Assembly (NCBI GenBank): GCA_963977015.1
Contig: CAXBMO010000015.1
Coordinates: 96,773-160,772, forward strand
Length of the DNA stretch: 64,000 nucleotides
Source: an uncultured bacterium
GTDB lineage: Bacteria > Verrucomicrobiota > Verrucomicrobiia > Verrucomicrobiales > DEV007
Direction of reading: 5' to 3'
This document shows positions 20,625 to 29,527 of this stretch, piece by piece. Position 1 is the stretch's first letter. Each line of letters opens with the position of its first letter. The translations under genes and the position numbers were made by a program. The notes under the pieces are model-generated. The model was not told where the DNA came from, searched no databases, and worked only from the letters and a program-made list of their open reading frames with translations.

Positions 20625-21536
20625 TCACTCATCATTCGAATCTTCAGGTTCGCCTGCCTGCCAGTTTCCCGATGGCGTCCACTGATGGTTGCTGACTTCC
20701 TTCCTGATCACAGGAAGGAGAAACCGGGAAAGATCGTTGACCACTTCATCCAATGGCCGGGGAGCGAGCCTTCCTTTGCGCAGGAAGGCATTCCATTGAA
20801 CTAGTTTCTGATCGTCATTGTAAAACTCCCCGGTGAACACGATGGGAGTTTGTTTCGGAATCCCGGTTCCGCGTCTTGCGAATGTATTGACGACGGCTTC
20901 TGTCAGGACCGCTCCATCGAAGTTCAGGTGGGATTGCAGCCAGTGAAGGTCGAAGAAATCCTTCATGCGGCTGTTGTCGATCCCAAGAGAAACTGCTGCT
21001 TCCAATTTCTCGGCGATCACGGTATCAGGAGGATAGACGAGAAGACTGGCACTGGGAAAATCGAGTAGTTCGTGCCATTCCTTTTCCACCGCTTTGGGAG
21101 TAATGGCGTCGCCGAATCCAACATCGATCTGAATGTGGAGGCGAGCTCCCGCTAGTTGAGCGTCCACTTTAGCCCGAATCCCTCCGTATTCCACATCATC
21201 ACGAATGGATGCCACGGCCACTTTTCCCCACTCAAGACCATCGACGGGATCAATGTCCATCTGAGTCAGCTTGGTGAATATGCTTTGAATGGCTTCTTCC
21301 GTGGCTTCCCCGTATCCGAGGAGGTCCAGATCGCGGGTCGGCCGATGTTTCTCCGCCTCCCAAATTCGGAACAGTTGAGCCCCTTTCAGCACAAAGCGCT
21401 CCCGATACTGGCTCTCGGAAAGTCGATAGAGGAATCGCCCGGTGGCATACTGCTCCATCAAGGCATTGAGCGGCACACCCTCAGCACGTGAAAGGTTGAG
21501 GAGCTTGGCGCGAACGGAAGCAGCTACGTTCTTCAG
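20625..21536 (-). CDS. abiEii: Type IV TA toxin, AbiEii nucleotidyltransferase
   Basis: KNVAASVRAKL, FVLKGAQL, RPTRDLDLL, IDVGFGD, AEKLEA, NSRMKDFFD. Likely CTG start overlapping the antitoxin stop (CTGA). Confidence 0.88.
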   Translation of the reverse strand: MKNVAASVRAKLLNLSRAEGVPLNALMEQYATGRFLYRLSESQYRERFVLKGAQLFRIWEAEKHRPTRDLDLLGYGEATEEAIQSIFTKLTQMDIDPVDGLEWGKVAVASIRDDVEYGGIRAKVDAQLAGARLHIQIDVGFGDAITPKAVEKEWHELLDFPSASLLVYPPDTVIAEKLEAAVSLGIDNSRMKDFFDLHWLQSHLNFDGAVLTEAVVNTFARRGTGIPKQTPIVFTGEFYNDDQKLVQWNAFLRKGRLAPRPLDEVVNDLSRFLLPVIRKEVSNHQWTPSGNWQAGEPEDSNDE

Positions 21537-22138
21537 ATCATCGCCTCCAGATAAGGTTTTATCACGTTGCCGACTCGGAGAAGCCGGGCCATTTCGCTCA
21601 TTTCGCCGATCGTCGCCTTTCGGGCGTTCAGCGTTTCCCTCAGTGCCTCCACGCAGACGTCGATTCCCAGCTTGTTGCGGTGCTTGAAACAATCCGCCAC
21701 CGTCCGTGCCGGCGTCGTGATGGCGACTTCAGTCCCGCCAAGGTGGTGATGCTCCACCCCCTCAGTCTGAAGTGCTTTCACCCGTGTCCTAATGACCCGG
21801 ATCGTGGGCCAGTCGATCTTGGGAACCCGGGTCTGTGCGGGGAGCTGAATCCAAACCTCATAAGCTTGCTGGGTGCCGATCTCGTGAAATCTCAGGGCGC
21901 TGATCAGGACGATCACAGCGCGGGAGGCACTCTTGCGGACCTGGATCAGGTCATGAAACTCGCTGGTCGGAGAGTCCGCATGCTGATAGATTCCACGCCG
22001 CACACGCACCAGCGTTCCCTGGTCGACGAGCCGGGTGATGCTCTGGTCAGAAATGCCAGCGTCCAGAAGCTGCGCCGTCGTCAGCACCTCGTGATCTGAG
22101 ACGAGAGATGAGAGCTTCTTCTGGAGAATAGACGACAT
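21533..22138 (-). CDS. abiEi: Type IV TA antitoxin AbiEi (wHTH regulator)
   Basis: LVRVRRGIY, SALRFHEIGTQ, TTPARTVADCFKHRNK.G.DV..EAL, PYLEA. Confidence 0.88.
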   Translation of the reverse strand: MSSILQKKLSSLVSDHEVLTTAQLLDAGISDQSITRLVDQGTLVRVRRGIYQHADSPTSEFHDLIQVRKSASRAVIVLISALRFHEIGTQQAYEVWIQLPAQTRVPKIDWPTIRVIRTRVKALQTEGVEHHHLGGTEVAITTPARTVADCFKHRNKLGIDVCVEALRETLNARKATIGEMSEMARLLRVGNVIKPYLEAMI

Positions 22139-22149
22139 GGGTTTGTCGG

Positions 22150-22189
22150 TAAATGTCACACATTATAGATTAAGTGTAACATTTAGCAA
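22150..22189 (-). promoter_or_regulatory. sigma70 promoter overlapped by an inverted-repeat operator of abiE
   Basis: Minus strand TTGCTA-N16-TATAAT (22189-22162); arms TAAATGTCACAC / GTGTAACATTTA match 11 of 12. Confidence 0.7.
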
Positions 22190-22218
22190 TGATGAAATTG
22201 GCGTTCGGCCGACGCGTT

Positions 22219-23391
22219 TCACGGCAGTTGATCCGTGGTAACCGATTCGAAAGAATGCGCTTTCAGGTGCTGGCCTACCTCGATAATCGGCCCTTTGAAC
22301 GAGGCCTCCAGCTTTGGAACATAGTTTTTGAACCAATTGATCATATCCTCCCAATTCTGTTCATCATAACCGTCGAAGGGCTTCGTGAAACAAATCCGAC
22401 AGGCTTTTTTCCCCGGTAACAGTTGCCAATCCAGAGGCTCTCCGAAAGCACGCTCGATTTCGTCTTTCTTTTCCAGGAGCCGCTTAAAGGCAAACGTGTT
22501 CTCATCCGCGTTGCTTCGGGAAAAATAGAGTTCTACCCGCACCTCCTTTTTGCCGAAAATCAAATTGTAGGCCACACCTGACAAACCCGAGCCCGCACCA
22601 ATCCAGTGATCCTTTCCCGGATTGATGTTATTGAAAAGGGAACAAGGGTTGCCTTTAAACGCTGTGAGCAACTGCTCCCAGAAAGCAAGCCGCAGGCGAA
22701 AACGCTTTTTCACCTCTTTGCTCACCGCCTTTTCCTCCGCCTCCTTGGCAGCCATCCCGATCATGAACTCAGTGGACTCCGGGGTTGGGATGATCTGTTC
22801 GACATTCAAAAAAAGTTCAGTGCCGGCAAGATAAGGCGTCAGCTTGAAACATTGGCAGGAAATCCCGTGACCAATCAACCAGAGCGCGGTGTTCGTCACC
22901 TCCTTGCGGAATCGTGCCGCGACAAACATCACCCGCTGGGTTTGACTCTTATTCAAGGTGACCTCATCGAAGTCTGCCGCTTCAAGAAATTCGACAATGC
23001 TCTCTCGGGCATCCAGCGGATCATCCGGTGACGGTTTCGCCGCTTTGTTCAGAAACTCCTGATAAATTTCGACCACCTGACCCTTGCTTAAATTTGAGCA
23101 ATACCCCGCATATTTCAACGCTTGCCAAACCACATCCCGACCGCTGTCATCCAGCTTATTCTCGATTATCACCAGATTGCCGTCTTTATCCAGCGCTAAA
23201 AGATCGAGTCGCTCCTTGGTATCATCAAAGCCATCAAACTCTTTCTGAATAATTAAGAGTTCCTCGCCGAGCGCATCGGGTGCATGTGCCAGCCACTCTT
23301 GGAGGTGATGCCTTTCCGTGAACCCCAAGTCACTGAAACTCCTCTCGGCCAAGGGTGCGATCCGGTTCGAATCTTTATCAATTTTATACAT
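22219..23391 (-). CDS. NucS-like PD-(D/E)xK nuclease fused to DUF4268
   Basis: ERHHLQEW, RLDLLALD...LVIIENKL...QALKYA; C-terminal FWEQL...HWIG...VRVELYF...IERAFG..LDW. Confidence 0.85.
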   Translation of the reverse strand: MYKIDKDSNRIAPLAERSFSDLGFTERHHLQEWLAHAPDALGEELLIIQKEFDGFDDTKERLDLLALDKDGNLVIIENKLDDSGRDVVWQALKYAGYCSNLSKGQVVEIYQEFLNKAAKPSPDDPLDARESIVEFLEAADFDEVTLNKSQTQRVMFVAARFRKEVTNTALWLIGHGISCQCFKLTPYLAGTELFLNVEQIIPTPESTEFMIGMAAKEAEEKAVSKEVKKRFRLRLAFWEQLLTAFKGNPCSLFNNINPGKDHWIGAGSGLSGVAYNLIFGKKEVRVELYFSRSNADENTFAFKRLLEKKDEIERAFGEPLDWQLLPGKKACRICFTKPFDGYDEQNWEDMINWFKNYVPKLEASFKGPIIEVGQHLKAHSFESVTTDQLP

Positions 23392-23406
23392 TCAATGTTT
23401 CCTTGG

Positions 23407-23595
23407 TTAGGGTTTCGGCTTCGGGAGGAGGGTGTCGTCGTTGGCATACTGCTCGGCCAGAAAGGCGTGTAGGTCGGACTTGATGAGGACTACCTGCGGC
23501 TGGCCCTCAATCGCCTCGCCCAACATGTGCGGGTAGCCCTCGGCGTCGAGAAGCTCGATGATGGCGGATTCGAGTTGGGCTTCGGTGAATTTCAT
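23407..23595 (-). pseudogene. hsdR: Type I restriction subunit R N-terminal stub
   Basis: MKFTEAQLESAIIELL..EGYPH..GE.I...VLIK.DL.AFL..QY is the HsdR N-terminus. It ends after about 55 aa in DTLLPKPKP*. Confidence 0.8.
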
Positions 23596-25935
23596 CTATG
23601 CCGAGTAACGATTGACCAATTCCAATACCCGTGAACGTTGCACTTTCATGACAGACCCCTTAAAGACGATTTCGTTTTCGTCGATGCTCTCAACGTGTGG
23701 GGCGATTTCATCCATCTCGTCCAACGTGAACCCGTATCGCAGCAAAAAAATCTCGTTCTCGTCAGCGGTGCCGTATCTCATGTAGTTTGCGAACCGTGCC
23801 GCTCTGGGGTCACCTTCCTTTTCATAGAACAGGGTGAAAGCGGCGACATACACATCGGTTAGGGAAAATGAGATTACCTTGTCGAGGTAATCGTAGGTGT
23901 CATAAACAAGCCGATCGTACTCCAGGTCTTCCACGCCTATGCCTTTGAACTCGTTGTAGGAATGCGTGAGTTTCTTGTTTGGCAATGTGTGAGGCGGCAT
24001 GGAGAAGCCCACTTTCATTTCAGATAATCGAGAGGAATATTCCTCGTCATCGATCTCTCCTTCTTCAAGTTGCTGCGCAAGCTTCTGGCGCTCTGAGAGT
24101 TTCGTGATGTAATTGTATCGAATCGCCAAAATTTCCTTGAAGCTGCGCCCCTGAACTCTCATTAGGAGGATTGTAATCCCTGCCGACAGAACCCCTTTTT
24201 CCCCTGCCTCCAATGGACGATTTATAGAGTGTGCAAAAATTAGATGGAATGCGTCCTTCAATTTTTTTCGAATTGGCACCTCCAGCTTGCTGTACTCTCC
24301 GGAAGTCAAAATATCGTCTTCAGGTAACAGGATGCTCAATACGGTTCTAACCGCATCCATCACCGCCTCCCCATTCAAGCGCTCGACTTGGGATTCCGGG
24401 AGGTTTAGGTCTTCATTGATGTTTTCTTTCTTTACAGCCTCTATGAATTCTCGCCAGTCCTCTGGGATTGCGGCCTGATCTCGATCAAGAACTGATTGAG
24501 CTGTAATCAGGCTTTTCTCTTGGAATCTCTCCGTGAAGGACCGTGCATTCTTCACGATCACGAACCCGTAATCGAACTCATTGGTGTTTTGGCTAGTTCG
24601 TCCCGCTCGGCCAATGAGGTTCTTAAGTCCTAGCGCCTTATCTTCCTGAGAGCCATGAAACGCAAAATTGTGGACCCAAACAACCTTGAAAGGCATATTT
24701 ACACCTTGAGCCAATGTCGACGTGGCAAAACAAATTCTCGCAAGCCCCAAACGGGTAAACCTCTCAATCAAAGCCCTAACGGTAAGAGGTATCGAACCGT
24801 GGTGAATGACGACGCCCTTCCGCATCTGAGATACTAGATCCGAATCACGGTCTTCTGCTCCTATTAAGTCCTCAATCTCGTCGATAATCTTGACGCCATC
24901 TTCATCAGTGACCTCATCGCACAGGTCCAAGTAATCCGAGAATTCCTCTTTGTACTTCCCTGAGATGATGGAGGCCTTGGATGTGAACACGAGCAGGCTC
25001 TCACCGTCCCCAATTGCAGCTGCGGCTTGATCGGTTTCATTTAGAAAACAATTCGCCAGCCTATGACCTCCATCGAGGTGCGGAGAAAAAAGATACTGAT
25101 TTCCGTTGGTGTGGATCTGGATGAATAGCTTTCCTACGCTGCCCTGGCGGTAGTTCTCTGAGGTGGCATGATCGGTGAAATCGTGCTTACCCAGCTGAGC
25201 TGAAGGATTCTCTACAAATGGGTGAGCAAAGATCTTCTTCGCACCAGGGAAAAGGGAATCAGCCCTACGGACAAATGTGTCGAACCCAATGCCGCGAATC
25301 TCTTCTTCGGAAATTTGCGCTTCATCGAAGATGATCAATCCTACATCAGAGACGGTGTTGGACTTTGTTGCTTCCAGTGCCCGCTCAGGAGTCACCACAA
25401 AGACTCTCTTACGTGTTCGGTTGAGGTTGATGTAGTCAATAAATTGGAGAATCAGAACACTGGGGTCATTAGCAAAAATACTGTAAACTTCGGCTAGATA
25501 TTCCGCGATCAATGCCCTTGAAGGGACGACAATGATCACGTCGCTCGCTTCATCGCGCAATATCTCTCGAAGGAGGTAGGACTTGCCAGCGCTAGTAGGA
25601 GCGGAAAAGGAAAAGTAGCGGTTTTCTAGAATTTTCTGCCGGATGCTGGCCTGTACGGGTGTGAGGAAGTGACCCGTCTCATCTTTTATCTCATCCCTAT
25701 ACTGGCTATAGACGAACGAAATAAAGTCGTCGGGAGGCTCCGTTTTGTAAAATAGACCCAAAAGGTACATTAGCTTGGGCTCTACTTTCCGAAGCTCCTC
25801 CGGGTGGAAGATCTTGAAGCACGCAAGTTCATACAGGTCTTGTTGGTCCACGGGGCCGTCAGCATGGATTCGCGCGAGGATCTTAGAGATACCGGCCATT
25901 GGGTCTTGAGCCCCCTGTATTTCTTTTGGGCTCAT
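23596..25935 (-). CDS. hamB: Ski2-like SF2 helicase, Hachiman HamB-like
   Basis: SAPTSAGKS, TPER, DEAQ, HHGS, ATSTLAQGVNMP, NLIGRAGR; ATGA-coupled to the upstream nuclease-like gene. Confidence 0.8.
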   Translation of the reverse strand: MSPKEIQGAQDPMAGISKILARIHADGPVDQQDLYELACFKIFHPEELRKVEPKLMYLLGLFYKTEPPDDFISFVYSQYRDEIKDETGHFLTPVQASIRQKILENRYFSFSAPTSAGKSYLLREILRDEASDVIIVVPSRALIAEYLAEVYSIFANDPSVLILQFIDYINLNRTRKRVFVVTPERALEATKSNTVSDVGLIIFDEAQISEEEIRGIGFDTFVRRADSLFPGAKKIFAHPFVENPSAQLGKHDFTDHATSENYRQGSVGKLFIQIHTNGNQYLFSPHLDGGHRLANCFLNETDQAAAAIGDGESLLVFTSKASIISGKYKEEFSDYLDLCDEVTDEDGVKIIDEIEDLIGAEDRDSDLVSQMRKGVVIHHGSIPLTVRALIERFTRLGLARICFATSTLAQGVNMPFKVVWVHNFAFHGSQEDKALGLKNLIGRAGRTSQNTNEFDYGFVIVKNARSFTERFQEKSLITAQSVLDRDQAAIPEDWREFIEAVKKENINEDLNLPESQVERLNGEAVMDAVRTVLSILLPEDDILTSGEYSKLEVPIRKKLKDAFHLIFAHSINRPLEAGEKGVLSAGITILLMRVQGRSFKEILAIRYNYITKLSERQKLAQQLEEGEIDDEEYSSRLSEMKVGFSMPPHTLPNKKLTHSYNEFKGIGVEDLEYDRLVYDTYDYLDKVISFSLTDVYVAAFTLFYEKEGDPRAARFANYMRYGTADENEIFLLRYGFTLDEMDEIAPHVESIDENEIVFKGSVMKVQRSRVLELVNRYSA

Positions 25936-26633
25936 GATCTAATTCCGATGATGTACAGAGCGATAGCATCTTCCGACAACCGGATTACGTCGGAATTGGC
26001 GAGGGCATTTACGAGGATTTGCTCGAGGTCAGCGCTATTGACTGAAAACGCTAGGCAAAATCCCCGTTCTCTATTGTCCACGAGTTTGTTAACGGCAACT
26101 TCGCTGGCGAAGTGGGGTAGATGCGGGAGATCAACGAGATCTTTCTCGTCGTCAATAAATTCACAAACCTGCCTCGCAGCAGATCCATAAGCGTTGGCAT
26201 TGCTATTGAATTTTGCCTCTCCGCAATTTATTAAATTGCCTGTGCACTCTGTGTAGTAGTCAAAGCCGTGATTGCCAGTAAGCTTCTCCTTCCAAATCTC
26301 CGAAAGAGGCAAATTGGTGTGCCCTAATTCGTCTACTAGCGTTTGAGCAGCGGAAAGGGAAACCATGAATTCTCCGAAATCTCTTGAAATCTGCCCGTTC
26401 GTTGAATTGAAGATCTCAACTAGGGCTGCAATTGTTCGAATGGCGGTCGCCTCGTAAGAGGCCTTTCCTAAAGGGTTCAGCTTTTGAATCCAGTTAGTGT
26501 CGCTTACGATTGAGACCATTTCTTCTGCGAACGCATTGACATCGTCAACATCGACACCCAAGAGGTGAATCTGGGCTTGCGCGTTGTCTGGCATCTCATC
26601 CGAGGTTGGCTGCCTGTTTACAATGACATTCAT
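25932..26633 (-). CDS. hamA: PD-(D/E)xK nuclease-like protein, Hachiman HamA (DUF1837)-like
   Basis: FGEFMV...K...HGFD...GEAKF motif series; lies directly upstream of a Ski2-like helicase. Confidence 0.65.
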   Translation of the reverse strand: MNVIVNRQPTSDEMPDNAQAQIHLLGVDVDDVNAFAEEMVSIVSDTNWIQKLNPLGKASYEATAIRTIAALVEIFNSTNGQISRDFGEFMVSLSAAQTLVDELGHTNLPLSEIWKEKLTGNHGFDYYTECTGNLINCGEAKFNSNANAYGSAARQVCEFIDDEKDLVDLPHLPHFASEVAVNKLVDNRERGFCLAFSVNSADLEQILVNALANSDVIRLSEDAIALYIIGIRS

Positions 26634-26637
26634 TTGA

Positions 26638-27336
26638 TCACGCGTTTCTCGGGTAGGTATCCTCGGGGATCTCAAGATTTCCGGAAATGAGCTTAGGCTG
26701 GAGTGTCTCGCGAAGTTTAGTTAGACTCAGGAACTCGATGGCATTCCGATTGATTTTTTCGAATAGAGTCCCGGCAATTTCGGTGAATCTAGAGACAACA
26801 GCATCAGCTGGTAGATGCTGACTGATGTTGCTATTGTGGTTGCGATTTAGGGTTGCAACTGCAGATCCTGCATTATAACGCTCCAATCCAACGGTCTTAG
26901 GAAGGAAGTATGCGTGGTAGGGGGAGGATCGTTTGTATTCCTTCACCCATAGTGTGGTATTAAGGGGCCAGAAATCTTGGTGCACGAAGGACACAACGCT
27001 CAATTTTCCGCTTCGGCCTGTAGCAACGGCGGGGAAGAGTGATTTGGGATCAGACAGGGTTGGGTGGTCGATGGAACCCTGTTGGGGGGTGCCGTTGGCA
27101 AGGGCTTGGCGGCGGACTTCGGCGCGGGGAGAGAGTTCGTCGGGGATCGGAATGCCGACTTCGAGGGCATTGTCGATCACCGGGTCAAAGTCCACAAACC
27201 AGCTTTTGAAGAGCGCCTGCGCCATCCCTTCCAGCTTCGCATTCTTCCGTCGATTCAACTCAATCTTGTCATCCAAGGTGTCCCAGAGGGTTTCCTCGAA
27301 GGATTTCGTGGGTTTTTTTGGGGAAACGTTCGCCAT
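26638..27336 (-). pseudogene. hsdS: Chimeric hsdM'-'hsdS deletion remnant
   Basis: First about 20 aa ([10 protein letters not shown]) are an HsdM N-terminus, joined in frame to the HsdS spacer [26 protein letters not shown], a partial TRD and [12 protein letters not shown]. Confidence 0.75.
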
Positions 27337-27440
27337 TCTTGCTGCCTTTGCCGTGGATTCGCTCACTGAGTGGAGTTATTCACAACCCTGACTGACGTTC
27401 AATCCATTTATTTTGGAAATCTAAAGGATTTGGGGAGCGT

Positions 27441-27470
27441 GAATCGTAGATTCGGCAGATGGGCGCAGAT
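27441..27470. repeat. GCAGAT-type repeat at the right edge of the defence island
   Basis: GAATCGTAGATTCGGCAGATGGGCGCAGAT matches the reverse complement of 20094-20123 at 26 of 30 positions. Confidence 0.6.
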
Positions 27471-27707
27471 CCTTTGGGAGGTGGTTGCCGAAAGGGTTGA
27501 GTTGGGCATGCCGATCGCCCGCGCCACAGGTCCGGGTTGGGTTGGGTTGCCCGAAGCGCGCTTTTGATGGCAAATCGCGACATTTTGGAGGTGGTCGTCA
27601 AACACTCGAAGTCTCTGATTCTTTTATATATACAAATAATTGTGGAAAACTAAATTATGGAAATTATAATCTGCCATGCTTGCTCATTCTTTTGATGACC
27701 AGGAACC

Positions 27708-29378
27708 ATGAAAACTACTTTCACTCCCCAGCGGACCACAGAAATTCTCAAGGAAGTCTATTCCAAGGCATCACTCGACGAAGTCACGGATCGCATCTTG
27801 AAGGCTGCCTGCGAAATCAGCAATTGCGTTCACGGCTCGTTTATCCGCGTTTGTTGGAAAACTCGCCTTCTCAGTATTGAATCGACAATCGGCCCGCACT
27901 GGAATGAGAACTTGCGAGCGCAGAAAATTCCTCTCGGTGAGGGGATCACCGGACATTGTGCCTTAACCGGCCAAACCTACGTCTGCAATGATGCCCAGAA
28001 CGATCCCAACTACATTCAGCTTTTTCCCTTCATTCAAAGCGAACTCGCTGTCCCGGTCGAAGTCGAAGGCAAAGTCTGGGGCATCATCAATTTGGATGGA
28101 ATGAACGTCCATGAATACGGCCGGGAAGTGGTCGCTGAAATTGAAATGTTTGCTGGCTTGATCGCCGCTGCGATCGAGTACCGGCTGAAGAACGAAAACG
28201 ATCGTCAGATTCATTTGCGCCTCGCTCAAGCGGAGAAACTCTCCACGGCTGGCGAGCTGTTGGCGGGAATCGCGCATGAGGTGAACAACCCATTGGCGGC
28301 CATCTTGGGAACGTCTTCGATGCTGGCCACGGAGTTGACGGATCCTGAGCACTACGAAGCGGCGAAGCTCATCGAAAAACAAGCTCAGCGGGCCGGCAAT
28401 CTGATTCACCAATTGCTTGCCTTCTCCCGCAAATCCGAAGGCGACAACCGGAAGGAAGACAACTTGATCGATGTCGTTCGCGAATCGATCGAATTTGTCC
28501 GTCCCCAACTTCGGCTCAAACGTTCGACCCTGGAGTTCACCCTGCCGGATGGTTCGGAGCTGCGTTCCAAGTTGAATCGCGTTCAAATCCAACAGGTTTT
28601 GGTCAACCTGATGACCAATGCTCAACACGCGATCGCCGATCGGGGGGAGGACGGCAGAATCTCCGTCAGCATTGAGAGTGATCAATCGAACGCCTACGTG
28701 GTTGTGCAGGACAACGGCACAGGAATGAGCCGCGAAGTTCGGAACAAGCTCTTTCAGCCGTTCTTCACCACCAAGGAAGAGGGTTCAGGAACGGGCCTGG
28801 GGCTTTCCATCTGTCAGGACATCGCGAATCGCCACCTCGGGACGCTCGAATGCACCAGCACGGAGGGTAGGGGATCGTCCTTTCAGTTTCGGCTTCCTCT
28901 CAACGAGCCTGACGGAGGTAGTGAATCGACTGCACCCGCCCAACTCCCTTCAGTCCCGTCAGAAAAATCGCGATCCAAGTCGGATCAGCATTTTGCGATT
29001 CTGATTGTGGAAGATGAGGACTCCATCCGCTGGATGTTGGCGAAACTCTTCCGCAAAATCAGCGAGGATGTTTCCGTTGCGGCCTCGGCAGAGGAAGCGC
29101 TTGAACTGTGCCAACAACAAGACTTTGACATCATTGTCAGCGACATGCATATGCCGGGTCTCAGCGGGGTTGAGCTCTTCCACCGAATCCATCAGCAGAA
29201 TGCGGCACAACATCCGAATTTCGTGCTCATCACCGGCGACATCTCGGATCCGAAAATCCAGCAGCTTGCGTCGGAATCTGAGATCGAGGTCGTCAACAAG
29301 CCGTTTTCACCAATCGACCTCTTGGAGCACATCAATCGGGTTCGCGAAGCTCCTTCGGCACTGCGATTGGCAGCGTGA
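27708..29378 (+). CDS. Cytoplasmic hybrid histidine kinase (GAF-HisKA-HATPase-REC)
   Basis: GEGITG...SELAVP GAF; AHEVNNPL; NLMTNA, DNGTG, FFTTK, GTGLGL; REC IVEDE/SDMHMP/KP. Confidence 0.92.
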   Translation: MKTTFTPQRTTEILKEVYSKASLDEVTDRILKAACEISNCVHGSFIRVCWKTRLLSIESTIGPHWNENLRAQKIPLGEGITGHCALTGQTYVCNDAQNDPNYIQLFPFIQSELAVPVEVEGKVWGIINLDGMNVHEYGREVVAEIEMFAGLIAAAIEYRLKNENDRQIHLRLAQAEKLSTAGELLAGIAHEVNNPLAAILGTSSMLATELTDPEHYEAAKLIEKQAQRAGNLIHQLLAFSRKSEGDNRKEDNLIDVVRESIEFVRPQLRLKRSTLEFTLPDGSELRSKLNRVQIQQVLVNLMTNAQHAIADRGEDGRISVSIESDQSNAYVVVQDNGTGMSREVRNKLFQPFFTTKEEGSGTGLGLSICQDIANRHLGTLECTSTEGRGSSFQFRLPLNEPDGGSESTAPAQLPSVPSEKSRSKSDQHFAILIVEDEDSIRWMLAKLFRKISEDVSVAASAEEALELCQQQDFDIIVSDMHMPGLSGVELFHRIHQQNAAQHPNFVLITGDISDPKIQQLASESEIEVVNKPFSPIDLLEHINRVREAPSALRLAA

Positions 29379-29527
29379 CGATTTGAGAATTTCGAGCAGC
29401 CGGTCCCACCGGCAGTGGCAGGGGATTCCATCATGAACCGGATCCCCGGCCTTTTGCCCACTGTGGTCGCCTAACCGCAGGTCTGGAATTGCTTGAGTCT
29501 TTCCCTGAGCCAGGTAATTAGAGCGGC

